Part shown: positions 63,263 to 64,000 of the stretch, in pieces
Numbering within the stretch: position 1 is the first letter of the stretch
How the letters are laid out: every line of letters starts with the position of its first letter
Assembly: GCF_006345805.1 (NCBI RefSeq)
Contig: NC_043002.1
Location: 77,748,001 to 77,812,000, forward strand
DNA from: Octopus sinensis
Taxonomy: Eukaryota
Length of the DNA stretch: 64,000 bases
Reading direction: 5' to 3'
Program-made: the position numbers and the translations under genes
Notes under the pieces: generated by a model
Told to the model about the DNA's origin: nothing
What the model saw: only the letters and a program-made list of their open reading frames with translations
Databases searched by the model: none

Positions 63263-63876
63263 GGAATACAGGACAATATAATGGATTTCATACATAATTA
63301 TTATGGATTACTACAGAAGACTTACGAAGAAGGCACATATGAATTTCAAGATTCTCATACTAAAGTGTACTTACCAAAAATCAAAAGCAGTCATTTTTAA
63401 TTTTTAATTTATATTTCAAACAAACACAATTTTCCCATATTACTTCATAATTTTTTTAAAATACCATTTGTTAAATTATACAAATTTCACATTTGCTATT
63501 TCTGAGAAGCAGAAGAGTTATCTATAAATGCTTATCGATATAGGATTCCATTATTCTATATTATCTAAGTCTATGAATTATATTTGGAATACAGGACAAT
63601 ATAATGGATTTTACACATAACTATTATGGATTATTGCAGAAGACTTACCAAGGAAGCATATATGGATTTAAAGACTCTCATACTAAAGTGCCCTTACCAA
63701 AATCAAAAGCAGAAATTTTTAATTTTTAATTTACATTTCAAACAAATACCATTTTCCCATATTACTTCATATTTTTAAAAAACTACTATTCAATAAATTA
63801 TACAAATTTCATATTTTATATCTCTGAAGAGCAGAAGAGTTGTCTATAAATGCTTATCAATATAGGATTCCATTAT
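63263..63876. repeat. Tandem duplication, ~290-bp unit, 323-bp period
   Basis: ggaatacaggacaatataatgg at 63263 and 63586, about 85% identical. Confidence 0.9.
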
Positions 63877-64000
63877 AGGGACAGCACTTCTGTGAAACGA
63901 TCATAAGATACTCTAAAAACTTAATTCAAAACTTTTAAACTTTCATATTTATTATTATATATTTATACTTATACATATTTACATATATTTATAATTTTAA

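Overview
AT-rich, microsatellite-saturated eukaryotic DNA, probably intronic or intergenic. The repeat families suggest an octopus/coleoid cephalopod genome; this is an inference and no search was run. I recognise no host protein-coding gene, and almost all ORF-track entries are translations of microsatellites or antisense repeat sequence. Recognisable content: RTE-clade LINE copies (two ~2.8 kb 5'-truncated RT-bearing copies, shorter ones and many 3' tails), several tRNA-derived SINE families, a full-length but dead Hsmar1-like mariner, hAT/piggyBac/Tigger-like MITEs, a decayed 5S rRNA copy, two minisatellites with higher-order structure and one CpG-rich promoter-like segment. The main result is about 11 type I hammerhead ribozyme (HHR)-like motifs from at least 5 sequence families, read by eye. 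Most sit in (TA)n-anchored, often palindromic, Penelope-like fragments. The best case is a ~394-bp retrozyme-like insertion (17017-17410) with a target-site duplication, a 33-bp terminal redundancy (359-bp unit) and an HHR with a compensatory U3-A8 core. A SINE 3'-transduction pair, with parent (36.8 kb) and daughter (3.9 kb) both in the window, is also visible. All folds and alignments were done by eye. Repeat boundaries are approximate unless TSD/TIR coordinates are given.
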